NCBI GenBank assembly: GCA_951406725.2
Contig: OX597843.1
Coordinates: forward strand, 8,990,001-9,054,000
Direction of reading: 5' to 3'
DNA: 64,000 nt
From: Octopus vulgaris
Taxonomy: Eukaryota
Shown here: piece after piece, positions 17,532 to 31,200 of the stretch
Position numbering within the stretch: the first letter of the stretch is position 1
How the letters are laid out: each line of letters starts with the position of its first letter
Notes under the pieces: model-generated
Told to the model about the DNA's origin: nothing
Databases searched by the model: none
The model's input: the letters and a program-made list of their open reading frames with translations, nothing else
Program-made: the position numbers and the translations under genes

Positions 17532-18354
17532 CATATAAATTCGTATATATATATATACACACACACACAGACATATATATATATATACATATATATATAT
17601 ATCTTCAAATAACACACATATCCACACAGCCACACATCACGTATATATATGCACACCTCACGAACACGCTCACACACTTACACACAGACCAAACATATTT
17701 ACAAATATATTAGATATAAAAAACAAATCAAAATACACCAATTATTACGAAAGCTCTCCACCCTCGCCACCTTCTCCTCAACACTGCAAACCATTCGATC
17801 ATCCAGCCATCACCCACCACAGTTTACCAAAGCCAGACCGCACAGGCAATTAAACGACAACCAATACTATTTAACTGTATCATTCTCAAAGCTATATAAT
17901 TCCTACTTATGGCCGAAATTTGCCGGCATATCCATCAACCAAATAGAAATTTGTCCGCACTTAAAACCGTTCGCCGCCATGACAGAAGAAGCAGACGATC
18001 AGATAGAGAGAGAGAGCGGTCTAGATAGAGAGAGGGAAAGGATGGTGTATATAGAGAGAGGGGTAGAGAGGTATCAATAGAGAGAAAGGAAGGCATAGAT
18101 TGAAAGAGGGCGTAGTGAGAAAGAGAGATAATGCGAGAGAAAGAGAGTGAGGTAGAGAGAGGGTTTGATTAAGAGCGACGGAGAAATGGTGAGAATGGTG
18201 AATGAAAGAAATGGTGTATCTGAGAGACAGATAGACAGAGGGAATAGGTACAAAGAGAACGACAAAGAGAGAGAGAGAGAGAGAGAGAGGGCGAAGGGTG
18301 ATAGGCTTAGAAAGAGATAGATGTATAGAATGATAGAGAGAGAGAGGGAGAGAG

Positions 18355-18580
<226 letters not shown>

Positions 18581-18909
18581 CCGGCAATTCCCGAAAAAGC
18601 AAGGTTTATTTCTTGGTTCTGTTCTCATAATTGTTTCGCTAATACAATAACAACGATAAGAAGTATGTAGCCCTTAAAACAGTTTTTGTGCATTTACAGA
18701 GAAAACCCAACTGTCTTGCATAGGGTCTTGTTGTTAGGAATTCCCAATAAGTTATGAATACCCAAATTGTGAAGTCAATTATGTAATAACAGGAAATTAG
18801 TTACCTGGTAGTAAGAATTCAAATGAAGTATCCCTGAAAAGGGCTTTAATGCGTTCCCAGAGTATATAGAACTTAGGAGGAAATACCAATAAGGTATGTA
18901 TACCAATAA

Positions 18910-19321
18910 GGCGGCGAGCTGGCAGAAACGTTAGCACGCCGGGCGAAATGCTTAGCGGTATTTCGTCTGCGTTACGTTCTGAGTTCAAATTCCGCCGAGG
19001 TCGACTTTGCCTTTCATCCTTTCGGGGTCGATAAGTTAAGTACCAGTTACGCACTGGGGTCGATGTAATCGACTTAATACCTATGTCTGTTTTTGTTTGT
19101 CCCCTCTGTGTTTAGCCCCTTGTGGGTAATAAAGAAATAGGTATTTCGTCTGCGTTACGTTGTGAGTTCAAATTCCGCCGAGGTCGACTTTGCCTTTCAT
19201 CCTTTCGGGGTCGATAAGTTAAGTACCAGTTACGCACTGGGGTCGATGTAATCGACTTAATACCTATGTCTGTCCTTGTTTGTCCCCTCTGTGTTTAGCC
19301 CCTTGTGGGTAATAAAGAAAT
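18910..19321 (+). mobile_element. SINE family C with 15-bp target-site duplication and internal 183-bp tandem duplication
   Basis: A box tggcagaaacg, B box gttcaaattcc; aggtatgtataccaa at 18892-18906 and 19322-19336. Confidence 0.85.
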
Positions 19322-19439
19322 AGGTATGTATACCAAGTATGCTATGTCAAGAGCTTCAAAGGACAGTTTATGGGGCTCATTGTCGCTTCGTCCCAGATGA
19401 TGAACCTGGATTCACCAAGAAATTTGCCTTTTATAGGAC

Positions 19440-19670
19440 CACGAGTGATGTTGCAGTTTGCCTTCTCTTTCGTGGACAGGTCCAAAAGGAGTTTGAAACA
19501 AGGACCTTAGAAGAAGACGAGAGACGAGAGCTGAGGAGGGATGCGTGAAGAAGAAAGATGTCAGAACATCAAAGCTAGTTGAGAAAATTCGCAGCTTTCT
19601 GGATAAAGATCGTCGTGTGTCTATAAAGACACTAAGCAGGCAGTTTGGAGTTGATCTAACAAATGTACGG
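19440..19670 (+). pseudogene. Mariner-like transposase HTH fragment
   Basis: VRTSKLVEKIRSFLDKDRRVSIKTLSRQFGV resembles the second mariner HTH (..DRR.T.R.LA..LG.S). Confidence 0.55.
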
Positions 19671-20094
19671 ATTTACAAAGGTTTTTCCCAGGTGGGAAGC
19701 ACTCCGTCAGTTACGACAACGAGGGTTCCGGTTGATCCGAATCAACGGAACAGCCTACTCGTGAAATTAACGTGCAAGTGGCTGAGCACTCCACAGACAC
19801 GTGTACCCTTAACGTAGTTCTCGGGGATATTCAGCGTGACACGGAGAGTGACAAGGCCGGCCCTTTGAAATACAGGTACAAAAATTGTCGAAGGGTCTTT
19901 CTTGGGCTTCAAAGTAAGGGATAAGAGAAAATATAACGTGGACGAACATAAGGTTTGGTGTCAGCAAGAGCACCCAGGTATATATGATATTAACAATATT
20001 ATATACCTAGGATATCCAGGCCTATGATAAACATCACTTCTTTGAGTTTGAAGACCATTAGGAAGAATGGCATTCCCTCAAGAGGCTATGGATG

Positions 20095-20463
20095 GTTACG
20101 ACGACGAGGGTTCCGGTTGATCCGAATCAACAGAACAGCCTGCTCGTGAAATTAACGTGTAAGTGGCTGAGCACTCCACAGACACGTGTACCCTTAACGT
20201 AGTTCTCGGGGATATTCAGCGTGACACAAAGAGTGACAAGGCCGGCCCCTTGAAATACAGGTACAACAGAAACAGGAAGTAGGAGTGAGAGAAAGTTGTG
20301 GTGAAAGAGTACAGCAGGGATCACCATCATCCCCTGCCGGAGCCTCGTGGAGCTTTAGGTGTTTTCGCTCAATAAACACTCACAACGCCCGGTCTGGGAA
20401 TCGAAACCGCGATCCTATGACCGCGAGTCCGCTGCCCTAACCACTGGGTCATTGCACCTCCAC
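20095..20463 (-). mobile_element. tRNA-derived SINE, family D (3' part also at ~19690-19880)
   Basis: Minus head gtggaggtgcaatgacccagtggttagggc...ggtttcgattccc; ~170 bp near-identical second copy at 19711-19880. Confidence 0.75.
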
Positions 20464-20634
20464 CACAACACATACAACTACGCCATGATACAAGGACTAT
20501 ATGACACTCAGCATACCATCACAGTATACTACCACTAATACACTACATTGCAAACACCACACTACACTACAACAACCGCGCAAAACCACTCTACTAATTC
20601 AAAGACACTACAACCTCTACGATATACTACACTG

Positions 20635-20910
20635 CACTAAACATACTACAACACAACACTGAAACCACCACACAACATTGTAACCATCACAAGAGTAATC
20701 CGCTCATACAAACACACTACAACCGCTACATTATAAAACACTACACTAAACATACTACAACACAACACTGAAACCACCACACAACATTGTAACCATCACA
20801 AGACTAATCCACTCATACAAACACACTACAACCGCTACATTATAAAACACTACACTAAACATACTACAACACAACACTGAAACCACCACACAACACTGTA
20901 GCCATCACAC
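20635..20910. repeat. ~110-bp tandem repeat, ~2.5 copies (plus a ~73-bp duplication at 21168-21307)
   Basis: cactaaacatactacaacacaacactgaaaccac at ~20635, 20744 and 20853. Confidence 0.85.
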
Positions 20911-21665
20911 AGCATTAAAACCACCACACGGCTCCACACCGCATTTACAAACTCACTACAAACACCGCCGGAAACACACCACATATAACACAGCGCTATA
21001 CCACATCGCACACTTATGTTAACGAGACACTGGAAAACGCCGCCTCCACACAGAAACTGTACACCACACTACGACCACGACCGCAACAACCACCACATAT
21101 TACAGCCACTACACCGTACAGCAACCCCACACACACTCACACACACACACGCACGCACTCACACAACACACGCAAGCCCGCTCAAACGCTTACCGAACCA
21201 ACCCTCACAACACGACTAACACAACACACACAAACACTCACACGCAAGCCCGCACAAACGCTCACCGAACCAACCCTCACAACGCGACTAACACAACACA
21301 CACAAACACACACAAGCCATTCATTATTTTCTTATGTCTAACAACAAAGCTATTTAAACGTAACACAAGCAAAACCCGCCATTAGATGTCGCTAGCGCGT
21401 TAGTCCCCCATTAATCTCTTACGATGTTTCACCAAAGCAGTTTAGGCCATACTTATAAGCATAATGAATGCCGGCAGATTCTAACAACATCCCAAATACT
21501 TTCGCTACTGTTATTGATGGCGATTGAGCAATTTTGAGGCCCCATTCAATAAGTGTTTAACAGTTAAAATCTGTCTGTGCATTCGTCAAAAATCACTTTA
21601 TGAAAATAAAATAATTATGGCGGACATTCCGTAGTAATGGCGTCGCGCGGTTAAGTGTTTAAGAA

Positions 21666-21705
<40 letters not shown>

Positions 21706-21757
21706 ATATATATATATATATATGTATGTATGTATGTAGGTATGTGTATGTATGTAT

Positions 21758-21811
<54 letters not shown>

Positions 21812-21814
21812 TAC

Positions 21815-21848
<34 letters not shown>

Positions 21849-21873
21849 GTACACACACATATATATATGTGTG

Positions 21874-21915
<42 letters not shown>

Positions 21916-21947
21916 TATACATATATATATATATGTACACACATACA

Positions 21948-21981
<34 letters not shown>

Positions 21982-22137
21982 TCTGTGTGTATGCAATTAT
22001 GTAGGTATGTATATATAGATGCGTGTATGTATGTGCGTGTTTGTGTTTATATATATTTATGTACGAATGTTTGAATATATGCATGTATGAATAAATATGT
22101 ATATGTAAGTATGTGTGTGTATGTGTGTGTATTTATG

Positions 22138-22237
22138 NNNNNNNNNNNNNNNNNNNNNNNNNNNNNNNNNNNNNNNNNNNNNNNNNNNNNNNNNNNNNNN
22201 NNNNNNNNNNNNNNNNNNNNNNNNNNNNNNNNNNNNN
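22138..22237. other. Assembly gap, exactly 100 N
   Basis: A round-number N run, typical of a scaffolding join of unknown size. Confidence 0.98.
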
Positions 22238-25200
22238 CTGGCCTGGCCTGGCCTGGCCTGGCCTGGCCTGGCCTGGCCTGGCCTGGCCTGGCCTGGCCTG
22301 GCCTGGCCTGGCCTGGCCTGGCCTGGCCTGGCCTGGCCTGGCCTGGCCTGGCCTGGCCTGGCCTGGCCTGGCCTGGCCTGGCCTGGCCTGGCCTGGCCTG
22401 GCCTGGCCTGGCCTGGCCTGGCCTGGCCTGGCCTGGCCTGGCCTGGCCTGGCCTGGCCTGGCCTGGCCTGGCCTGGCCTGGCCTGGCCTGGCCCTGGCCT
22501 GGCCTGGCCTGGCCTGGCCCTGGCCTGGCCTGGCCTGGCCTGGCCTGGCCTGGCCTGGCCTGGCCTGGCCTGGCCTGGCCTGGCCTGGCCTGGCCCTGGC
22601 CTGGCCTGGCCTGGCCTGGCCTGGCCTGGCCTGGCCTGGCCTGGCCTGGCCTGGCCTGGCCTGGCCTGGCCTGGCCTGGCCTGGCCTGGCCTGGCCTGGC
22701 CTGGCCTGGCCTGGCCTGGCCTGGCCTGGCCTGGCCTGGCCTGGCCTGGCCTGGCCTGGCCTGGCCTGGCCTGGCCTGGCCTGGCCTGGCCTGGCCTGGC
22801 CTGGCCTGGCCTGGCCTGGCCTGGCCTGGCCTGGCCTGGCCTGGCCTGGCCTGGCCTGGCCTGGCCTGGCCTGGCCTGGCCTGGCCTGGCCTGGCCTGGC
22901 CTGGCCTGGCCTGGCCTGGCCTGGCCTGGCCTGGCCTGGCCTGGCCTGGCCTGGCCTGGCCTGGCCTGGCCTGGCCTGGCCTGGCCTGGCCTGGCCTGGC
23001 CTGGCCTGGCCTGGCCTGGCCTGGCCTGGCCTGGCCTGGCCTGGCCTGGCCTGGCCTGGCCTGGCCTGGCCTGGCCTGGCCTGGCCTGGCCTGGCCTGGC
23101 CTGGCCTGGCCTGGCCTGGCCTGGCCTGGCCTGGCCTGGCCTGGCCTGGCCTGGCCTGGCCTGGCCTGGCCTGGCCTGGCTGCCTGGCCTGGCCTGGCCT
23201 GGCCTGGCCTGGCCTGGCCTGGCCTGGCCTGGCCTGGCCTGGCCTGGCCTGGCCTGGCCTGGCCTGGCCTGGCCTGGCCTGGCCTGGCCTGGCCTGGCCT
23301 GGCCTGGCCTGGCCTGGCCTGGCCTGGCCTGGCCTGGCCTGGCCTGGCCTGGCCTGGCCTGGCCTGGCCTGGCCTGGCCTGGCCTGGCCTGGCCTGGCCT
23401 GGCCTGGCCTGGCCTGGCCTGGCCTGGCCTGGCCTGGCCTGGCCTGGCCTGGCCTGGCCTGGCCTGGCCTGGCCTGGCCTGGCCTGGCCTGGCCTGGCCT
23501 GGCCTGGCCTGGCCTGGCCTGGCCTGGCCTGGCCTGGCCTGGCCTGGCCCTGGCCTGGCCTGGCCTGGCCTGGCCTGGCCTGGCCTGGCCTGGCCTGGCC
23601 TGGCCTGGCCTGGCCTGGCCTGGCCTGGCCTGGCCTGGCCTGGCCTGGCCTGGCCTGGCCTGGCCTGGCCTGGCCTGGCCTGGCCTGGCCTGGCCTGGCC
23701 TGGCCTGGCCTGGCCTGGCCTGGCCTGGCCTGGCCTGGCCTGGCCTGGCCTGGCCTGGCCTGGCCTGGCCTGGCCTGGCCTGGCCTGGCCTGGCCTGGCC
23801 TGGCCTGGCCTGGCCTGGCCTGGCCTGGCCTGGCCTGGCCTGGCCTGGCCTGGCCTGGCCTGGCCTGGCCTGGCCTGGCCTGGCCTGGCCTGGCCTGGCC
23901 TGGCCTGGCCTGGCCTGGCCTGGCCTGGCCTGGCCTGGCCTGGCCTGGCCTGGCCTGGCCTGGCCTGGCCTGGCCTGGCCTGGCCTGGCCTGGCCTGGCC
24001 TGGCCTGGCCTGGCCTGGCCTGGCCTGGCCTGGCCTGGCCTGGCCTGGCCTGGCCTGGCCTGGCCTGGCCTGGCCTGGCCTGGCCCTGGCCTGGCCTGGC
24101 CTGGCCTGGCCTGGCCTGGCCTGGCCTGGCCTGGCCTGGCCTGGCCTGGCCTGGCCTGGCCTGGCCTGGCCTGGCCTGGCCTGGCCTGGCCTGGCCTGGC
24201 CTGGCCTGGCCTGGCCTGGCCTGGCCTGGCCTGGCCTGGCCTGGCCTGGCCTGGCCTGGCCTGGCCTGGCCTGGCCTGGCCTGGCCTGGCCTGGCCTGGC
24301 CTGGCCTGGCCTGGCCTGGCCTGGCCTGGCCTGGCCTGGCCTGGCCTGGCCTGGCCTGGCCTGGCCTGGCCTGGCCTGGCCTGGCCTGGCTGGCCTGGCC
24401 TGGCCTGGCCTGGCCTGGCCTGGCCTGGCCTGGCCTGGCCTGGCCTGGCCTGGCCTGGCCTGGCCTGGCCTGGCCTGGCCTGGCCTGGCCTGGCCTGGCC
24501 TGGCCTGGCCTGGCCTGGCCTGGCCTGGCCTGGCCTGGCCTGGCCTGGCCTGGCCTGGCCTGGCCTGGCCTGGCCTGGCCCTGGCCTGGCCTGGCCTGGC
24601 CTGGCCTGGCCTGGCCTGGCCTGGCCTGGCCTGGCCTGGCCTGGCCTGGCCTGGCCTGGCCTGGCCTGGCCTGGCCTGGCCTGGCCTGGCCTGGCCTGGC
24701 CTGGCCTGGCCTGGCCTGGCCTGGCCTGGCCTGGCCTGGCCTGGCCTGGCCTGGCCTGGCCTGGCCTGGCCTGGCCTGGCCTGGCCTGGCCTGGCCTGGC
24801 CTGGCCTGGCCTGGCCTGGCCTGGCCTGGCCTGGCCTGGCCTGGCCTGGCCTGGCCTGGCCTGGCCTGGCCTGGCCTGGCCTGGCCTGGCCTGGCCTGGC
24901 CTGGCCTGGCCTGGCCTGGCTGGCCTGGCCTGGCCTGGCCTGGCCTGGCCTGGCCTGGCCTGGCCTGGCCTGGCCTGGCCTGGCCTGGCCTGGCCTGGCC
25001 TGGCCTGGCCTGGCCTGGCCTGGCCTGGCCTGGCCTGGCCTGGCCTGGCCTGGCCTGGCCTGGCCTGGCCTGGCCTGGCCTGGCCTGGCCTGGCCTGGCC
25101 TGGCCTGGCCTGGCCTGGCCTGGCCTGGCCTGGCCTGGCCTGGCCTGGCCTGGCCTGGCCTGGCCTGGCCTGGCCTGGCCTGGCCTGGCCTGGCCTGGCC

Positions 25201-28200
25201 TGGCCTGGCCTGGCCTGGCCTGGCCTGGCCTGGCCTGGCCTGGCCTGGCCTGGCCTGGCCTGGCCTGGCCTGGCCTGGCCTGGCCTGGCCTGGCCTGGCC
25301 TGGCCTGGCCTGGCCTGGCCTGGCCTGGCCTGGCCTGGCCTGGCCTGGCCTGGCCTGGCCTGGCCTGGCCTGGCCTGGCCTGGCCTGGCCTGGCCTGGCC
25401 TGGCCTGGCCTGGCCTGGCCTGGCCTGGCCTGGCCTGGCCTGGCCTGGCCTGGCCTGGCCTGGCCTGGCCTGGCCTGGCCTGGCCTGGCCTGGCCTGGCC
25501 TGGCCTGGCCTGGCCTGGCCTGGCCTGGCCTGGCCTGGCCTGGCCCTGGCCTGGCCTGGCCTGGCCTGGCCTGGCCTGGCCTGGCCTGGCCTGGCCTGGC
25601 CTGGCCTGGCCTGGCCTGGCCTGGCCTGGCCTGGCCTGGCCTGGCCTGGCCTGGCCTGGCCTGGCCTGGCCTGGCCTGGCCTGGCCTGGCCTGGCCTGGC
25701 CTGGCCTGGCCTGGCCTGGCCTGGCCTGGCCTGGCCTGGCCTGGCCTGGCCTGGCCTGGCCTGGCCTGGCCTGGCCTGGCCTGGCCTGGCCTGGCCTGGC
25801 CTGGCCTGGCCTGGCCTGGCCTGGCCTGGCCTGGCCTGGCCTGGCCTGGCCTGGCCTGGCCTGGCCTGGCCTGGCCTGGCCTGGCCTGGCCTGGCCTGGC
25901 CTGGCCTGGCCTGGCCTGGCCTGGCCTGGCCTGGCCTGGCCTGGCCTGGCCTGGCCTGGCCTGGCCTGGCCTGGCCTGGCCTGGCCTGGCCTGGCCTGGC
26001 CTGGCCTGGCCTGGCCTGGCCTGGCCTGGCCTGGCCTGGCCTGGCCTGGCCTGGCCTGGCCTGGCCTGGCCTGGCCTGGCCTGGCCTGGCCTGGCCTGGC
26101 CTGGCCTGGCCTGGCCTGGCCTGGCCTGGCCTGGCCTGGCCTGGCCTGGCCTGGCCTGGCCTGGCCTGGCCTGGCCTGGCCTGGCCTGGCCTGGCCTGGC
26201 CTGGCCTGGCCTGGCCTGGCCTGGCCTGGCCTGGCCTGGCCTGGCCTGGCCTGGCCTGGCCTGGCCTGGCCTGGCCTGGCCTGGCCTGGCCTGGCCTGGC
26301 CTGGCCTGGCCTGGCCTGGCCTGGCCTGGCCTGGCCTGGCCTGGCCTGGCCTGGCCTGGCCTGGCCTGGCCTGGCCTGGCCTGGCCTGGCCTGGCCTGGC
26401 CTGGCCTGGCCTGGCCTGGCCTGGCCTGGCCTGGCCTGGCCTGGCCTGGCCTGGCCTGGCCTGGCCTGGCCTGGCCTGGCCTGGCCTGGCCTGGCCTGGC
26501 CTGGCCTGGCCTGGCCTGGCCTGGCCTGGCCTGGCCTGGCCTGGCCTGGCCTGGCCTGGCCTGGCCTGGCCTGGCCTGGCCTGGCCTGGCCTGGCCTGGC
26601 CTGGCCTGGCCTGGCCTGGCCTGGCCTGGCCTGGCCTGGCCTGGCCTGGCCTGGCCTGGCCTGGCCTGGCCTGGCCTGGCCTGGCCTGGCCTGGCCTGGC
26701 CTGGCCTGGCCTGGCCTGGCCCTGGCCTGGCCTGGCCTGGCCTGGCCTGGCCTGGCCTGGCCCTGGCCTGGCCTGGCCTGGCCTGGCCTGGCCTGGCCTG
26801 GCCTGGCCTGGCCTGGCCTGGCCTGGCCTGGCCTGGCCTGGCCTGGCCTGGCCTGGCCTGGCCTGGCCTGGCCTGGCCTGGCCTGGCCTGGCCTGGCCTG
26901 GCCTGGCCTGGCCTGGCCTGGCCTGGCCTGGCCTGGCCTGGCCTGGCCTGGCCTGGCCTGGCCTGGCCTGGCCTGGCCTGGCCTGGCCTGGCCTGGCCTG
27001 GCCTGGCCTGGCCTGGCCTGGCCTGGCCTGGCCTGGCCTGGCCTGGCCTGGCCTGGCCTGGCCTGGCCTGGCCTGGCCTGGCCTGGCCTGGCCTGGCCTG
27101 GCCTGGCCTGGCCTGGCCTGGCCTGGCCTGGCCTGGCCTGGCCTGGCCTGGCCTGGCCTGGCCTGGCCTGGCCTGGCCTGGCCTGGCCTGGCCTGGCCTG
27201 GCCTGGCCTGGCCTGGCCTGGCCCTGGCCTGGCCTGGCCTGGCCTGGCCTGGCCTGGCCTGGCCTGGCCTGGCCTGGCCTGGCCTGGCCTGGCCTGGCCT
27301 GGCCTGGCCTGGCCTGGCCTGGCCTGGCCTGGCCTGGCCTGGCCTGGCCTGGCCTGGCCTGGCCTGGCCTGGCCTGGCCTGGCCTGGCCTGGCCTGGCCT
27401 GGCCTGGCCTGGCCTGGCCTGGCCTGGCCTGGCCTGGCCTGGCCTGGCCTGGCCTGGCCTGGCCTGGCCTGGCCTGGCCTGGCCTGGCCTGGCCTGGCCT
27501 GGCCTGGCCTGGCCTGGCCTGGCCTGGCCTGGCCTGGCCTGGCCTGGCCTGGCCTGGCCTGGCCTGGCCTGGCCTGGCCTGGCCTGGCCTGGCCTGGCCT
27601 GGCCTGGCCTGGCCTGGCCTGGCCTGGCCTGGCCTGGCCTGGCCTGGCCTGGCCTGGCCTGGCCTGGCCTGGCCTGGCCTGGCCTGGCCTGGCCTGGCCT
27701 GGCCTGGCCTGGCCTGGCCTGGCCTGGCCTGGCCTGGCCTGGCCTGGCCTGGCCTGGCCTGGCCTGGCCTGGCCTGGCCTGGCCTGGCCTGGCCTGGCCT
27801 GGCCTGGCCTGGCCTGGCCTGGCCTGGCCTGGCCTGGCCTGGCCTGGCCTGGCCTGGCCTGGCCTGGCCTGGCCTGGCCTGGCCTGGCCTGGCCTGGCCT
27901 GGCCTGGCCTGGCCTGGCCTGGCCTGGCCTGGCCTGGCCTGGCCTGGCCTGGCCTGGCCTGGCCTGGCCTGGCCTGGCTGGCCTGGCCTGGCCTGGCCTG
28001 GCTGGCCTGGCCTGGCCTGGCCTGGCCTGGCCTGGCCTGGCCTGGCCTGGCCTGGCCTGGCCTGGCCTGGCCTGGCCTGGCCTGGCCTGGCCTGGCCTGG
28101 CCTGGCCTGGCCTGGCCTGGCCTGGCCTGGCCTGGCCTGGCCTGGCCTGGCCTGGCCTGGCCTGGCCTGGCCTGGCCTGGCCTGGCCTGGCCTGGCCTGG

Positions 28201-31200
28201 CCTGGCCTGGCCTGGCCTGGCCTGGCCTGGCCTGGCCTGGCCTGGCCTGGCCTGGCCTGGCCTGGCCTGGCCTGGCCTGGCCTGGCCTGGCCTGGCCTGG
28301 CCTGGCCTGGCCTGGCCTGGCCTGGCCTGGCCTGGCCTGGCCTGGCCTGGCCTGGCCTGGCCTGGCCTGGCCTGGCCTGGCCTGGCCTGGCCTGGCCTGG
28401 CCTGGCCTGGCCTGGCCTGGCCTGGCCTGGCCTGGCCTGGCCTGGCCTGGCCCTGGCCTGGCCTGGCCTGGCCTGGCCTGGCCTGGCCTGGCCTGGCCTG
28501 GCCTGGCCTGGCCTGGCCTGGCCTGGCCTGGCCTGGCCTGGCCTGGCCTGGCCTGGCCTGGCCTGGCCTGGCCTGGCCTGGCCTGGCCTGGCCTGGCCTG
28601 GCCTGGCCTGGCCTGGCCTGGCCTGGCCTGGCCTGGCCTGGCCTGGCCTGGCCTGGCCTGGCCTGGCCTGGCCTGGCCTGGCCTGGCCTGGCCTGGCCTG
28701 GCCTGGCCTGGCCTGGCCTGGCCTGGCCTGGCCTGGCCTGGCCTGGCCTGGCCTGGCCTGGCCTGGCCTGGCCTGGCCTGGCCTGGCCTGGCCTGGCCTG
28801 GCCTGGCCTGGCCTGGCCTGGCCTGGCCTGGCCTGGCCTGGCCTGGCCTGGCCTGGCCTGGCCCTGGCCTGGCCTGGCCTGGCCCTGGCCTGGCCTGGCC
28901 TGGCCTGGCCTGGCCTGGCCTGGCCTGGCCTGGCCTGGCCTGGCCTGGCCTGGCCTGGCCTGGCCTGGCCTGGCCTGGCCTGGCCTGGCCTGGCCTGGCC
29001 TGGCCTGGCCTGGCCTGGCCTGGCCTGGCCTGGCCTGGCCTGGCCTGGCCTGGCCTGGCCTGGCCTGGCCTGGCCTGGCCTGGCCTGGCCTGGCCTGGCC
29101 TGGCCTGGCCTGGCCTGGCCTGGCCTGGCCTGGCCTGGCCTGGCCTGGCCTGGCCTGGCCTGGCCTGGCTGGCCTGGCCTGGCCTGGCCTGGCCTGGCCT
29201 GGCCTGGCCTGGCCTGGCCTGGCCTGGCCTGGCCTGGCCTGGCCTGGCCTGGCCTGGCCTGGCCTGGCCTGGCCTGGCCTGGCCTGGCCTGGCCTGGCCT
29301 GGCCTGGCCTGGCCTGGCCTGGCCTGGCCTGGCCTGGCCTGGCCTGGCCTGGCCTGGCCTGGCCTGGCCTGGCCTGGCCTGGCCTGGCCTGGCCTGGCCT
29401 GGCCTGGCCCTGGCCTGGCCTGGCCTGGCCTGGCCTGGCCTGGCCTGGCCTGGCCTGGCCTGGCCTGGCCTGGCCTGGCCTGGCCTGGCCTGGCCTGGCC
29501 TGGCCTGGCCTGGCCTGGCCTGGCCTGGCCTGGCCTGGCCTGGCCTGGCCTGGCCTGGCCTGGCCTGGCCTGGCCTGGCCTGGCCTGGCCTGGCCTGGCC
29601 TGGCCTGGCCTGGCCTGGCCTGGCCTGGCCTGGCCTGGCCTGGCCTGGCCTGGCCTGGCCTGGCCTGGCCTGGCCTGGCCTGGCCTGGCCTGGCCTGGCC
29701 TGGCCTGGCCTGGCCTGGCCTGGCCTGGCCTGGCCTGGCCTGGCCTGGCCTGGCCTGGCCTGGCCTGGCCTGGCCTGGCCTGGCCTGGCCTGGCCTGGCC
29801 TGGCCTGGCCTGGCCTGGCCTGGCCTGGCCTGGCCTGGCCTGGCCTGGCCTGGCCTGGCCTGGCCTGGCCTGGCCTGGCCTGGCCTGGCCTGGCCTGGCC
29901 TGGCCTGGCCTGGCCTGGCCTGGCCTGGCCTGGCCTGGCCTGGCCTGGCCTGGCCTGGCCTGGCCTGGCCTGGCCTGGCCTGGCCTGGCCTGGCCTGGCC
30001 TGGCCTGGCCTGGCCTGGCCTGGCCTGGCCTGGCCTGGCCTGGCCTGGCCTGGCCTGGCCTGGCCTGGCCTGGCCTGCTGGCCTGGCCTGGCCTGGCCTG
30101 GCCTGGCCTGGCCTGGCCTGGCCTGGCCTGGCCTGGCCTGGCCTGGCCTGGCCTGGCCCTGGCCTGGCCTGGCCTGGCCTGGCCTGGCCTGGCCTGGCCT
30201 GGCCTGGCCTGGCCTGGCCTGGCCTGGCCTGGCCTGGCCTGGCCTGGCCTGGCCTGGCCTGGCCTGGCCTGGCCTGGCCTGGCCTGGCCTGGCCTGGCCT
30301 GGCCTGGCCTGGCCTGGCCTGGCCTGGCCTGGCCTGGCCTGGCCTGGCCTGGCCTGGCCTGGCCTGGCCTGGCCTGGCCTGGCCTGGCCTGGCCTGGCCT
30401 GGCCTGGCCTGGCCTGGCCTGGCCTGGCCTGGCCTGGCCTGGCCTGGCCTGGCCTGGCCTGGCCTGGCCTGGCCTGGCCTGGCCTGGCCTGGCCTGGCCT
30501 GGCCTGGCCTGGCCTGGCCTGGCCTGGCCTGGCCTGGCCTGGCCTGGCCTGGCCTGGCCTGGCCTGGCCTGGCCTGGCCTGGCCTGGCCTGGCCTGGCCT
30601 GGCCTGGCCTGGCCTGGCCTGGCCTGGCCTGGCCTGGCCTGGCCTGGCCTGGCCTGGCCTGGCCTGGCCTGGCCTGGCCTGGCCTGGCCTGGCCTGGCCT
30701 GGCCTGGCCTGGCCTGGCCTGGCCTGGCCTGGCCTGGCCTGGCCTGGCCTGGCCTGGCCTGGCCTGGCCTGGCCTGGCCTGGCCTGGCCTGGCCTGGCCT
30801 GGCCTGGCCTGGCCTGGCCTGGCCTGGCCTGGCCTGGCCTGGCCTGGCCTGGCCTGGCCTGGCCTGGCCTGGCCTGGCCTGGCCTGGCCTGGCCTGGCCT
30901 GGCCTGGCCTGGCCTGGCCTGGCCTGGCCTGGCCTGGCCTGGCCTGGCCTGGCCTGGCCTGGCCTGGCCTGGCCTGGCCTGGCCTGGCCTGGCCTGGCCT
31001 GGCCTGGCCTGGCCTGGCCTGGCCTGGCCTGGCCTGGCCTGGCCTGGCCTGGCCTGGCCTGGCCTGGCCTGGCCTGGCCTGGCCTGGCCTGGCCCTGGCC
31101 TGGCCTGGCCTGGCCTGGCCTGGCCTGGCCTGGCCTGGCCTGGCCTGGCCTGGCCTGGCCTGGCCTGGCCTGGCCTGGCCTGGCCTGGCCTGGCCTGGCC

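Noticed and set aside
20390-20463. tRNA genes (also 1020-1089, 18910-18995 and 57945-58016)
   Set aside because: The A/B boxes run into SINE bodies and no complete cloverleaf is evident.
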